In this document: one piece after another, positions 1-13,465 of the stretch
How positions within the stretch are numbered: position 1 is the stretch's first letter
How the letters are laid out: each line of letters begins with the position of its first letter
The notes under the pieces: generated by a model
Told to the model about the DNA's origin: nothing
The model's database searches: none
Seen by the model: only the letters and a program-made list of their open reading frames with translations
Assembly: GCA_002269645.1 (NCBI GenBank)
Contig: NIVC01005011.1
Coordinates: 1 to 28,612 of the forward strand
Source of the DNA: Macrostomum lignano
Lineage: Eukaryota
Direction of reading: 5' to 3'
Length of the DNA: 28,612 nt
Translations under genes and position numbers: made by a program

Positions 1-798
1 AGATTTTAGCGCCAGCAGTCTAGATTTTAGCGCCACAGTCTAGATTTTAGCGACAGTCTAGATTTTAGCGCCAAACGTCTAGATTTTAGCGCCACAGCTA
101 GATTTTAGCGCCACAGTCTAGATTTTAGCGACAGTCTAGATTTTAGCGCCAAGTCTAGATTTTAGCGCCAAGTCTAGATTTTAGCGCCACAGTCTAGATT
201 TAGCGCCACAGTCTAGATTTAGCGCCACAGTCTAGATTTTAGCGCCAAAGTCTAGATTTTAGCGCCACAGTCTAGATTTTAGCGCCACAGTCTAGATTTT
301 AGCGCCACAGTCTAGATTTTAGCGCCAAAGTCTAGATTTTAGCGCCACAGTCTAGATTTTAGCGCCACAGTCTAGATTTTAGCGCCACAGTCTAGATTTT
401 AGCGCCACGTCTAGATTTAGCGCCACAGTCTAGATTTAGCGCCACAGTCTAGATTTTAGCGCACCAGTCTAGATTTTAGCGCCAGCAGTCTAGATTTTAG
501 CGCCACGTCTAGATTTTAGCGGCCACAGTCTCTAGATTTTAGCGCCACAGTCTAGATTTTAGCGCACAGTCTAGATTTTAGCGCCACGTCTAGATTTTAG
601 CGCCACAGTCTAGATTTTAGCGCCACAGTCTAGATTTTAGCGCCACAGTCTAGATTTTAGCGCCACAGTCTAGATTTAGCGCCACAGTCTAAGATTTTAG
701 CGCCACAGTCTAGATTTTAAGCGCCAAATCTAGATTTTAGCGCCACAGTCTAGATTTTAGCGGCCACAGTCTAGATTTTAGCACCGACAGTCTAGATT
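1..798. repeat. 20-bp minisatellite (AGTCTAGATTTTAGCGCCAC)n, truncated by window start
   Basis: About 40 tandem units read directly, with frequent 1-nt indels in the T run and GC core. Confidence 0.95.
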
Positions 799-799
799 T

Positions 800-874
800 C
801 GTGCGCAATAGAAATTTTTTTTGGATCTGGGGGTCTTTGACCACCTTGACCTCCCCTAGACGGATCCGCCATTG
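800..874. mobile_element. Possible right end of a non-autonomous DNA element bounding the first array
   Basis: Ends ...CCTCCCCTAGACGGATCCGCCATTG. The reverse complement CAATGGCGGATCC resembles the CAGGGGCG terminus of the MITE-like copies at 14300 and 17800. The left end is outside the window. Confidence 0.3.
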
Positions 875-1285
875 CGGTTATGCATCTTTGGAGAAGTAAC
901 CAAAAGGTACAAGCTGATTCTCTGACTGACTCCAAATTCTGGTTCCAGGCCTTCTTGTGCCTTCTGACTTCAGCAAGCCTCAACCCTCATGCTCACGCTA
1001 CTCACTTAGCTACGGCTGAGGCCGAGCACTTGACATGCATGATGCAGTCTCTCATTGTCCGTCCGTGAGGGTGTGAGACTCAATCGACATACCGGCGCCT
1101 TTGAGGGGCCTTCGTAATCTATATAGTGACTGCTGCCTGCATCCGCGATGCATGGTTTATGCCATTTCTGCCGCTTCCCATTACCAGCTTCCAGCACTTC
1201 CTGTTTCCTGAGCGCGTCATCAGCATCACTCTATTAAACTGCTGCTTGAGCTGAGTTGAGTTGCTATGGGCGGGAGAGATGGCCC

Positions 1286-1423
1286 TAATTCACTCGCTAT
1301 TAATCCACTGCATTGGGGAAAATAATTGCATTGTATAAAATGCTCATTTAATTTGGAATATTTATTTGACTACGGATTAAGGCTTTCTGCTTTCTGCGGG
1401 GCTAATCCCGCATCAACTTTGAC
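1286..1423. promoter_or_regulatory. Candidate upstream enhancer of Six3/6 with clustered K50-homeodomain (Otx-type) sites
   Basis: TAATCC 1301-1306, GGATTA 1374-1379 and TAATCC 1403-1408, plus further TAAT cores. Motif evidence only. Confidence 0.35.
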
Positions 1424-1476
1424 CCGAGCGCCCAGGTGTTAGATAGCCCAAATGAGCTGCAAAGGCTCACAGTGCT

Positions 1477-2975
1477 TGGGCGCCAAAATCAGTGCTTGGG
1501 CGCTAAATTAAGTGCTTGGGCGCCAAAATCAGTGCTTGGGCGCCAAAATCAGTGCTTGGGCGCTAAATTAAGTGCTTGGACGCTAAATTAAGTGCTTGGG
1601 CGCCAAAATCAGTGCTTGGGCGCCAAAATCAGTGCTTGGGCGCTAAATTAAGTGCTTGGGCGCCAAAATCAGTGCTTGGGCGCTAAATTAAGTGCTTGGG
1701 CGCCAAAATCAGTGCTTGGGCGCTAAATTAAGTGCTTGGGCGCCAAAATCAGTGCTTGGGCGCCAAAATCAGTGCTTGGGCGCTAAATTAAGTGCTTGGG
1801 CGCCAAAATCAGTGCTTGGCGCTAAATTAAGTGCTTGGGCGCCAAAATCAGTGCTTGGGCGCTAAATTAAGTGCTTGGGCGCCAAAATCAGTGCTTGGGC
1901 GCTAAAATCAGTGCTTGGGCGCCAAAATCAGTGCTTGGGCGCCAAATCAGTGCTTGGGCGCTAAAATCAGTGCTTGGGCGCTAAAATCAGTGCTTGGGCG
2001 CTAAAATCAGTGCTTGGCGCTAAAATCAGTGCTTCGGCGCTAAAATCAGTGCTTGGGCGCTAAAATCAGTGCTTCTGCGCTAAAATCAGTGCTTCTGCGC
2101 TAAAATCAGTGCTTGGGCGCTAAAATCAGTGCTTGGGCGCCAGAATCAGTGCTTGGGCGCTAAAATCAGTGCTTGGGCGCTAAAATCAGATGCTTGGGCG
2201 CTAAAATCAGTGCTTGGGCGCCAAAATCAGTGCTTGGGCGCTAAAATCAGTGCTTGGGCGCCAAAATCAGTGCTTGGGCGCTAAAATCAGTGCTTGGGCG
2301 CTAAAATCAGTGCTTGGGCGCTAAAATCAGTGCTTGGGCGCCAAAATCAGTGCTTGGGCGCTAAAATCAGTGCTTGGGCGCCAAAATCAGTGCTTGGGCG
2401 CTAAAATCAGTGCTTGGGCTCTAAAATCAGTGCTTGGCGCTAAAATCAGTGCTTGGGCGCTAAAATCAGTGCTTGGGCGCTAAAATCAGTGCTTGGGCGC
2501 TAAAATCAGTGCTTGGGCGCCAAAATCAGTGCTTGGGCGCCAAAATCAGTGCTTGGGCGCTAAAATCAGTGCTTGGGCTCTAAAATCAGTGCTTGGGCGC
2601 TAAAATCAGTGCTTGGGCGCTAAAATCAGTGCTTGGGCGCTAAAATCAGTGCTTGGGCGCTAAAATCAGTGCTTGGGCGCCAAAATCAGTGCTTGGGCGC
2701 CAAAATCAGTGCTTGGGCGCTAAAATCAGTGCTTGGGCGCCAAAATCAGTGCTGGGGCGCTAAAATCAGTGCTTGGGCTCTAAAATCAGTGCTTGGGCTC
2801 TAAAATCAGTGCTTTTGAGCTAAAATCAGTGCTTGGGCGCCAAAGTCAGTGCTTGGGCGCCAAAGTCAGTGCTTGGGCGCCAAAGTCAGTGCTTGGGCGC
2901 CAAAGTCAGTGCTTGGGCGCCAAAGTCAGTGCTTGGGCGCTAAAATCAGTGCTTGGGCGCCAAAATCAGTGCTTT
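1477..2975. repeat. 20-bp minisatellite (AGTGCTTGGGCGC[C/T]AAAATC)n
   Basis: About 75 units. Variants are regionally clustered: CTAAATTA alternating at the 5' end, CCAAAGTC at the 3' end. Confidence 0.95.
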
Positions 2976-3189
2976 AGCAGTCAAAAATGAACTTAAAGTG
3001 AAAAATTGAGTCATAAATCAATAGATGGTGACAGTTATCTAAAAGATTTTTGTGAAGAGGGGTTCTTCCAGGCTACTGATTCTTGAACGACAAGCAGGTT
3101 GCCATTTTACCTGTTAAGAGACTCGTGTAGCGTTGATGAAGTGCCTGCCAAGACTGGGACTGGGGTTGGAGGAGGGGTCCGTGTTGCAG

Positions 3190-3330
3190 ACAGTCCCCGC
3201 CACTCCCCCCCCCTTAGGCCACAGCCAATGGCTCGGCAGGACTGCCTGCCATAGGACTGCTGGCCCGCCACCCGCCTCAGCCGCCCACTCCCCAACAGTT
3301 AAATAATAAAAGTTACTTTAATATACCAAC
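3190..3330 (+). promoter_or_regulatory. Candidate proximal promoter of Six3/6
   Basis: CCAAT at 3225-3229; GC boxes at 3264-3269, 3271-3276 and 3281-3286; an AT-rich stretch at 3300-3325, about 80-200 bp upstream of ATG 3402. Confidence 0.4.
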
Positions 3331-3401
3331 GAATTCCAAATTGACGCCTAGCAGGCAAACTCGTTCAGACAGAACTGGAGTTCAAGTCATAAATTGCAGA
3401 A

Positions 3402-4142
<741 letters not shown>

Positions 4143-4210
4143 TGAGTCAACTCAACCATTTTATAAGGCTCTTTTTCCTCAACGTTTGAAGTAAATATTT
4201 TAAATGCCCC

Positions 4211-4826
4211 GTGAGATTCCAAACTCTCAGTTCCTCCAAAACTCTGAGGTGAGATTCCAAACTCTGAGGTGAGATTCCAAACTCTCAGGTGAGATTCCAA
4301 ACTCTCAGGTGAGATTCCAAACTCTCAGGTGAGATTCCAAACTCTCAGGTGAGATTCCAAACTCTCAGGTGAGATTCCAAACTCTCAGGTGAGATTCCAA
4401 ACTCTCAGGTGAGATTCCAAACTCTCAGGTGAGATTCCAAACTCTCAGGTGAGATTCCAAACTCTCAGGTGAGATTCCAAACTCTCAGGTGAGATTCCAA
4501 ACTCTCAGGTGAGATTCCAAACTCTCAGGTGAGATTCCAAACTCTGAGGTGAGATTCCAAACTCTCAGGTGAGATTCCAAACTCTCAGGTGAGATTCCAA
4601 ACTCTGAGGTGAGATTCCAAACTCTCAGGTGAGATTCCAAACTCTCAGGTGAGATTCCAAACTCTCAGGTGAGATTCCAAACTCTCAGGTGAGATTCCAA
4701 ACTCTCAGGTGAGATTCCAAACTCTCAGGTGAGATTCCAAACTCTCAGGTGAGATTCCAAACTCTCAGGTGAGATTCCAAACTCTCAGGTGAGATTCCAA
4801 ACTCTCAGGTGAGATTCCAAACTCTC
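4211..4826. repeat. 20-bp minisatellite (ACTCTCAGGTGAGATTCCAA)n in the Six3/6 intron
   Basis: About 30 nearly identical units starting about 70 bp after the exon 1 donor. Confidence 0.95.
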
Positions 4827-5909
4827 CGCAACGAATCTCCGACCTGGCGTCCACCTCCTTGCATCCCATCATACTGCACCAGTCTGCTGCCCGGCAGTCA
4901 AGTGTTTTTCCTATTTAATTGGTGGGTCTCGAACAGAAGGCGCGTGCCCCCCTCCTCTGCTGCGCGTCACCAGGAACGCCAGTCATTTCTTCAGCCACTT
5001 GAGTTGCTGTGGCTCCCTCTTAACTCTCCCCCCTTCATCTGCTCGGCATTAAATGAGTGCTTACATTGTCGCGCCCAGCAGGAGAGGCTGTGTGTTGCTA
5101 ATTGCACGCATGCCAAAGCCTAATATTCACACCTACCATCCAGCAAATGCCCGCGGTCCAATTGGCTTTGACTTCTTTATATTCAAAATCCAAAACCGTG
5201 TGTTTGTGGCCGCCTCTGGAGCCGTGCTGCGGCAGCCCCCACCCCCTTGTGGTCAAGTGGATCCAATGTAGACATAGCGAGTGGCTCAGGAAAATGGCTT
5301 GAATTGAATTTTATGCCCCACGCATCTGGGGGAGCGTGTGCAGTGAGCAGTTCTGACTGCTAAGTGGCCGGGGCAAGTTAATTACTATTCTTATATTCTG
5401 CAGGTATACGTTAATATAAAGGAATTCGCAATGATATATTATAATAATACTCGAAAAATTTTTGCTCTAAATGCGAACGCAGACAATTACAGTATAAACG
5501 ATTGTATTGTGCGAACCATAATATTGTATATATATGAAACCCGAAATCTTAATCATTTCTGTGCGCGAGCAGTATAATACGCTGCGCGCTAAAACTCGCT
5601 CTCAACCGCTTGAGAAGCGAAGTCAAAACACACTTGAGCAGCAAGTGAGACGGCAGATGGGCTGCAAGGGGGGGTGCTAGCTGTCGGGCCGAGACACAAT
5701 GATATACACTGTATACAGTATACGACGTATAGCAAAGCAGATAATGCATCTTTTAGAAGAGCAGGCCAGAGAACTGCATGGGGTCTTGTCTTTACACAGC
5801 ATGATCTTGTATGCATCTTGCCTTGCTGAAATCCTGTACACCTTGGATTGGGGTGCAGAACTCTCTGCGCATTGTTGGACTCGAGCTGTTGCAGGATCGG
5901 CTGTCCCTC

Positions 5910-7345
5910 AGTGACTCCCACATCATTTCCAGATCCCTCAGTGACTCCCACATCATTTCCAGATCCATCAGTGACTCCTACATCATTTCCAGATCCCTCA
6001 GTGACTCCCACATCATTTCCAGATCCGTCAGTAACTCCCACATCATTTCCAGATCCGTCAGTGACTGCCACATCGTTTCCAGATCCGTCAGTGACTGCCA
6101 CATCATTTCCAGATCCATCAGTGATTCCCACATCATTTCCAGATCCGTCAGTGACTCCCACATTGTTTCCAGATTCATCAGTGACTCCCACATCATTTCC
6201 AGATCCGTCAGTGACTCCCACATCATTTCCAGATCCGTCAGTAACTCCCACATCATTTCCAGATCCATCAGTGATTCCCACATCATTTCCAGATCCATCA
6301 GTGACTCCCACATCATTTCCAGATCCATCAGTGATTCCACATCATTTCCAGATCCATCAGTGATTCCACATCATTTCCAGATCCATCAGTGATTCCCACA
6401 TCATTTCCAGATCCATCAGTGATTCCACATCATTTCCAGATCCGTCAGTGACTGCCACATCGTTTCCAGATCCGTCAGTGACTGCCACATCATTTCCAGA
6501 TCCATCAGTGATTCCCACATCATTTCCAGATCCGTCAGTGACTCCCACATTGTTTCCAGATTCATCAGTGACTCCCACATCATTTCCAGATCCGTCAGTG
6601 ACTCCCACATCATTTCCAGATCCATCAGTGATTCCACATCATTTCCAGATCCATCAGTGATTCCACATCATTTCCAGATCCATCAGTGATTCCCACATCA
6701 TTTCCAGATCCATCAGTGATTCCACATCATTTCCAGATCCGTCAGTGACTGCCACATCGTTTCCAGATCCGTCAGTGACTGCCACATCATTTCCAGATCC
6801 ATCAGTGATTCCCACATCATTTCCAGATCCGTCAGTGACTCCCACATTGTTTCCAGATTCATCAGTGACTCCCACATCATTTCCAGATCCGTCAGTGACT
6901 CCCACATCATTTCCAGATCCATCAGTGATTCCACATCATTTCCAGATCCATCAGTGATTCCACATCATTTGAAGATCCATCAGTGATTCCCACATCATTT
7001 CCAGATCCATCAGTGATTCCACATCATTTCCAGATCCGTCAGTGACTGCCACATCGTTTCCAGATCCGTCAGTGACTGCCACATCATTTCCAGATCCATC
7101 AGTGATTCCCACATCATTTCCAGATCCGTCAGTGACTCCCACATTGTTTCCAGATTCATCAGTGACTCCCACATCATTTCCAGATCCGTCAGTGACTGCC
7201 ACATCATTTCCAGATCCGTCAGTGACTCCCACATCATTTCCAGATCCGTCAGTGACTCCCACATCATTTCCAGATCCGTCAGTGACTCCCACATCATTTC
7301 CAGATCCGTCAGTAACTCCCACATCATTTCCAGATCCGTCACTGA
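5910..7345. repeat. 30-bp minisatellite (CAGTGACTCCCACATCATTTCCAGATCCGT)n with a 297-bp higher-order repeat
   Basis: About 48 units. A diagnostic variant (ACATTGTTTCCAGATTCATC) recurs at about 6547, 6844 and 7141. Confidence 0.95.
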
Positions 7346-8223
7346 TCCTAATACCCGCTACCCTCCATATTTCAGGCCCGCTCTGGCTGACTCAGTTTAA
7401 ATTTGTGCGCAGTCAGGTATTTTTAAATCACATCATTTTTAATACTAGCCAAATGCCAACGAGAATTAGTGGGTAATTTATTGCCAATCAGCTCCTATAG
7501 AGCTATGACACTGTTACGAGTAAAGCAGATACCAAATGCTACACCGGCGGATCATACGTGGCCGCCACCGCCACTTCCCCTTCCCTCCCCCCCCCCCCCC
7601 AGACGGCCTGTCACCCTCGCAGACGCACCTGTCCATCAATTCACTAACTCAGCCTTGTGCAGAATGCATCCTATATAACCCAGTTCAATACGTTCGTACG
7701 AGGGCTTCCTCCCCATCCTCTTGGATGACGGCAGGTGATGCTGGGGCTTGTATGGGAAGGAGGGGCCAGTTAGCGTTGCCGCAGAACTAAATTAATAATT
7801 ATCTGCAGGGCCGCATCAAGTTATCCCTGCGCGTGGAGAGACTGGGCATATTATATAGCAACTCTGCTGTATCGAGAGATTTGGCCGCCGCAAAGCCTGA
7901 TACTATAATTGACTCCTCCCCATAGCCTGCAGCTCCTTGACTGCCGCAGCCCGTCACGCTGACCCGCTCCCCTATACCACCCGGCACCCATCCGCGTGAC
8001 AGGTCGTGCATGTTGAAACTGACTTTGATACCCCAGCACACCAACACTATGAGACAGATCTTGTCAATCACATGGGCCACTTTTTACACATCTATCTATC
8101 TAGCTATCCGTTTCTGTCTGGCTGCAACAGCACACTTCAGTCTATTGCAGCTGCTGCCTAATCCTTAGGTCTCCGACCTACCTGCGTCTGTCTGTCGGAT
8201 ATTGTCTGTACAGTGCTTTCTTA

Positions 8224-9232
<1,009 letters not shown>

Positions 9233-9269
9233 AGCCTCTGCATTCGCCGCTTCTCTCTACACCCAACAG

Positions 9270-9654
9270 GCTGCACAGCCGGCCAGAATCCGCCGATTCA
9301 CCGAATCATCGAGACGTTAGCCGCGGAGGCGGCGGCTCAGGCGACGGCTGTGGCGTCGGCGCCGGCGCAGACGATGACGACAGCTGGCTGGACGTGGTTG
9401 ACTCGGACTCCGACGACGATGTGGAGGAGGAGAATTGCAGCGGCAAGAGCGGCGAAACTCTTGACGACGAGCGGCGCCTGACGACGGAGCCCGCCAGCTG
9501 CTGCTGGAAGCAGAGCGGATCGCCAACTGAGCAGCAGCGGCTGGCGGTGGCGCCGCGCTTTGCACCGCTGCCGATGCCGCTGTCGACAGCAGCAGCGACA
9601 GCAGCGGCAGCAGCGACCCCGGAGCCGATGCGAAAGCGACCGCGGCGCAACTGA
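9270..9654 (+). CDS. six3: Six3/6 exon 2 (C-terminal region)
   Basis: Acceptor TTCTCTCTACACCCAACAG|G (AG 9268-9269) completes the phase-2 AG|G Arg codon, giving [11 protein letters not shown] (compare vertebrate AKNR-LQHQ). Contains [12 protein letters not shown], resembling the vertebrate Six3/6 SVTSSDSECDV motif, and ends RKRPRRN-TGA. Confidence 0.75.
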
Positions 9655-10380
9655 AAACTTTCCAGTTGGCAACTGACTGCAGCAATGGAACTGGAAACCA
9701 GAAGAGGACTGAATTTCCTCCGGTCTCTCTTTCTAATCTTTCTCTCCACCCGCCTGAGCCGAGTTGCACTTTCTTCTCCGGCTTTTTCTTCGAAATTTGC
9801 GTTGTTACGGCAGAAAAAACGATTTACGCAACATATCGGCGAACAGTTGAGGAATTGAGATCTGTCTGCCTACTCTCAACCTACTTCTCTGTCCCACTTT
9901 TCCTATCCGTTTTCGTTCTGTCAACCTTTCCTCCGTTGTAAACGTGAGTCGCCTATCAAAATACCTGATATTTTTCTGTGTCGACTTTTGCTCTCGCTAG
10001 TACGAGCTAATCGGAATCAATGCAAACACAGCTTTATGTAATCACGGCCGATAATGCATGCTTGACACGCGACACCCCGATTTCATTTTTATCCCATGTA
10101 GAGAAATTTCACTTTCTATTCTCGCTTTTCTTTCATCTTGTTTTTCCTAATAATAGAATGACTTTGAAGTTATGGGAATTTATCTACCGTATGCATTGCA
10201 TTGATTGGAGGGTTTGGCCATAGACAAGCCTCGCCTCGGTAGGTCCTTGGTCCTTGATCTACCCTGTCTTATCTTCACTTCTCCCGTCCTGTCTGCCGCC
10301 CTCCCATTGTTCTGCTTCGGTCAAACTTGTGTAACAGTGTGTGTGGTAGGAGAGATTGCAGCATATAATTATATATAATT

Positions 10381-10386
10381 AATAAA
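10381..10386 (+). terminator. Candidate polyadenylation signal for Six3/6
   Basis: AATAAA about 730 nt after the stop codon, in AT-rich context. Confidence 0.3.
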
Positions 10387-10500
10387 TTAACATTATTGCA
10401 AATCTATCGCAGAAACCAAGGGAGAAATTTGCACCACTGACTTCGTTAATTGCTTATTTTTTGGATGCACCGAAGTGATTTATTATTGACTTGGAGAAGG

Positions 10501-10893
10501 TCCTCGGAGAGCATTCTCTATGACCCTCGGTATGACCCTCGGAGCTATCAGAGAACAGTCTCTATGACCTTCAGAGAGCATTTTCTATGACCCTCGGATG
10601 GCTTCCTCTATGACCCTCGGATGGCTTCCTCTATGACCCTCGGAAAGTAGTTTCTATGACCCTCGGAGAAGAGCATCTATGACCCTCGGAAAGTAGTTTC
10701 TATGACCCTCGGAGAAGAGCATCTATGACCCTCGGAAAGTAGTTTCTATGACCCTCGGAGAAGAGCATCTATGACCCTCGGAAAGTAGTTTCTATGACCC
10801 TCGGAAAAGAGCATCTATGACCCTCGGAAAGTAGTTTCTATGATCCTCGGAAAAGAGCATCTATGACCCTCGGAAAGTAGTTTCTATGACCCT
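10501..10893. repeat. 23-bp minisatellite with core TCTATGACCCTCGG, forming an alternating A/B 46-bp dimer
   Basis: Units ending AAAGTAGTT and AGAAGAGCA alternate from about 10640; the 5' units are degenerate. Confidence 0.9.
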
Positions 10894-11365
10894 ATAGAGC
10901 ATGTATTCTTAAGAATACAGCGAATAAAATACGCTTCTAAAGTTAGAAATGGTTAAATTTTGACTTCTCAAATTTCAGGATGGGTGTGTAATTACTCGTA
11001 GATTGACAGAACCGGACTCGCAGTGGACAGCCACTGGGCACTGCTTGTGTCAGCCTCTCGTGTGCTGCGAAAGGAACCTGATAATTGATAGGTTATAACA
11101 AATTTATAAACTCTTCACAAAATCAGAAGCCGGAGATGCGGATCAAATGTAAAATCTCCAATTGAGAGACAAAATAGTCATTTTCAAGTCAAAAGTCAAC
11201 TTTTTTAATAATGAGGTATTCAATACGTGACACCCAGACGGAGTGTAATTAATGCCTGACAAGATGCTTTACTGCAGTTGGTCTCGGGTGTCGCGATCAT
11301 TCACCTCTTCAGAATAAGGCCGTATTTAGATAATGGGCCGCTTGTTGGCTACAGCAGGTGAAGGA

Positions 11366-11935
11366 GTGGATGGGTAGAGAGCGGATGGGTAGAGAGAGCA
11401 TTGGTAGAGAGAGGATGGGTAGAGAGAGGATGGGTAGAGAGCGGATTGGTAGAGAGCGAATGGATACAGAGAGGATGGGTAGAGAGAGGATGGGTAGAGG
11501 GAGGATGGGTAGAGAGAGGATGGGTAGAGGGAGGATGGGTAGAGAGAGGATGGGTAGAGAGCGGAGGGGTAGAGAGAGAGAGGATGGGTAGAGAGAGGAT
11601 GAGTAGAGAGAGAGAGGATGGGTAGAGAGAGAGAGGATGGGTAGAGAGAGGATGGGTAGAGAGAGGATGGGTAGAGAGAGGATGGGTAGAGAGCGGATGG
11701 GTAGAGAGAGGATGGGTAGAGAGAGGATGGGTAGAGAGAGGATGGGTAGAGAGCGGATGGGTAGAGAGCGGATGGGTAGAGAGCGGATGGGTAGAGAGCG
11801 GATGGGTAGAGAGAGGATGGGTAGAGAGCGGGTGGGTAGAGAGAGGATGGGTAGAGAGCGGATGGGTAGAGAGAGGATGGGTAGAGAGAGGATGGGTAGA
11901 GAGAGGATGGGTAGAGATCAGGGTGGGTAGAGAGC
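11366..11935. repeat. 15-bp purine-rich minisatellite (GGATGGGTAGAGAGA)n
   Basis: About 37 units; source of the MGRER ORFs. Confidence 0.95.
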
Positions 11936-12281
11936 GCATGTGAGGGCGAATGAGGAGAGTGGATGTGGGGGCGGATGAGGAGAGTGGATGTGAGGGCGGA
12001 TGAGGAGAGTGGATGTGAGGGCGGATGAGGAGAGTGGATGTGAGGGCGGATGAGGAGAGTGGATGTGGGGGCGGATGAGGAGAGTGGATGTGAGGGCGGA
12101 TGAGGAGAGTGGATGTGAGGGCGGATGAGGAGAGTGGATGTGAGGGCGGATGAGGAGAGTGGATGTGGGGGCGGATGAGGAGAGTGGATGCGGCGGCGGA
12201 TGAGGAGAGTGGATGTGGGGGCGGATGAGGAGAGTGGATGCGGCGGCGGATGAGGAGAGTGGATGTGGGGGCGGATGAGGC
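11936..12281. repeat. 25-bp purine-rich minisatellite (GGATGTGAGGGCGGATGAGGAGAGT)n
   Basis: About 14 units directly abutting the 15-bp array and sharing the GGATG motif. Confidence 0.93.
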
Positions 12282-13465
12282 AAACGAATGGTGACGCAGT
12301 TGCAAGGCATGAAAAATTGGTACCTCAAAAGTCGCGCTCACATCCGATACAGAACTCTTAAACCAATTTTTTAAACGCCCAAATACAAAAAAATCTGCTA
12401 AATAAATTTTACAATTTTACAATCGAGCAATCGCTCTGATCTGCTTTTATGAAATAAAAAGCAAAAATTTAAATGAAACGATTTTCAAGTGGTGCCCCCC
12501 GATTTCGAGGCATTATAATCTTGGCCAGAGATCTGCAGAAAAATTTAAATCTGCTTTTATGCAGTTGGAGATTCGAACGCAACAAACACCTGTCTATCAT
12601 CGTCCTTTATTTCAGTCGCGAACACTGCAGCGAGTCAACTGACAATTAATAGCTGACAGGCCGGCTTGATGAGGCATGGGAGGAGACTGGGCCCGGGGAG
12701 GTGAGGCTGGGCGGAGCCGGCGCCGGTCTCAACGACTTGGCTAAATATTGATGCTGCTGGGCAAACACGAACCGAGCCCGAAGACCCCGCGCCAGATTCT
12801 CTATGCCAGCAAGCGATGCTCATTCCTTTTCTACTCAAGGAGATCTACAAGAATCTGGAGCGGAAGCAGGCATATCTCGTTTTGTTTTAATTGGACGGAT
12901 CTTCATCAACCTGGTCACGGGATTCCAACCCGTAGCCCCAGAGTATGAGATCTCTATGAACTTTTTATGAGCACATTTTTTAGTCCTGGATCAATTTTAG
13001 GCGAAATCTCCTTCAACTCCAAGTTGTCGTTGAAGTCCTCCTTGACCTACTCGAGCCCGTCTCAATGCCAGTCAAGCGGCGTGTTTACACAGGAAGAGAG
13101 AGAGAGCGAGGTTTCGATGCGACGACACTCAAGGATTAAGGTAGAAAAATATATCTTCTCCGCCTTCGGCGCTGCGCAGCCTCTTGAGTTTGGCAGCTGT
13201 CAATCAAATTGAGGAGAGTCGAGAGTAGCCTTGGCTTCACTACCATCGAATACTCTTCTCTTTAGCTGTTGTCTCTTGTCTCATTGTTTCGCAAAGAACT
13301 ACTATTAATGCGCCAATCATCTTGATTGACTTCGCCAGGTAGACAGGCGGGGTTGAGGGTTCGACTTCGCTTTTTAATTGCTTCAGGGAGAATTGGCTTG
13401 AAGCGGAAAAAGAACAGTGTTGACTTTGGGGTGGGCGGAGGCCGCCTGGAAGGGGCAGCTCTGCG

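Noticed and set aside
5589-7476. Mucin-like or antifreeze-like ORFs (VTPTSFPDPS, VTDGSGNDVG repeats)
   Set aside because: Translations of a 30-bp intronic array open in several frames on both strands and broken by 29-bp units; no splice or start context.
12955-13050. Possible minus-strand exon VKEDFNDNLELKEISPKIDPGLKNVLIKSS
   Set aside because: Short, no polypyrimidine tract at the putative acceptor, no recognisable homology.
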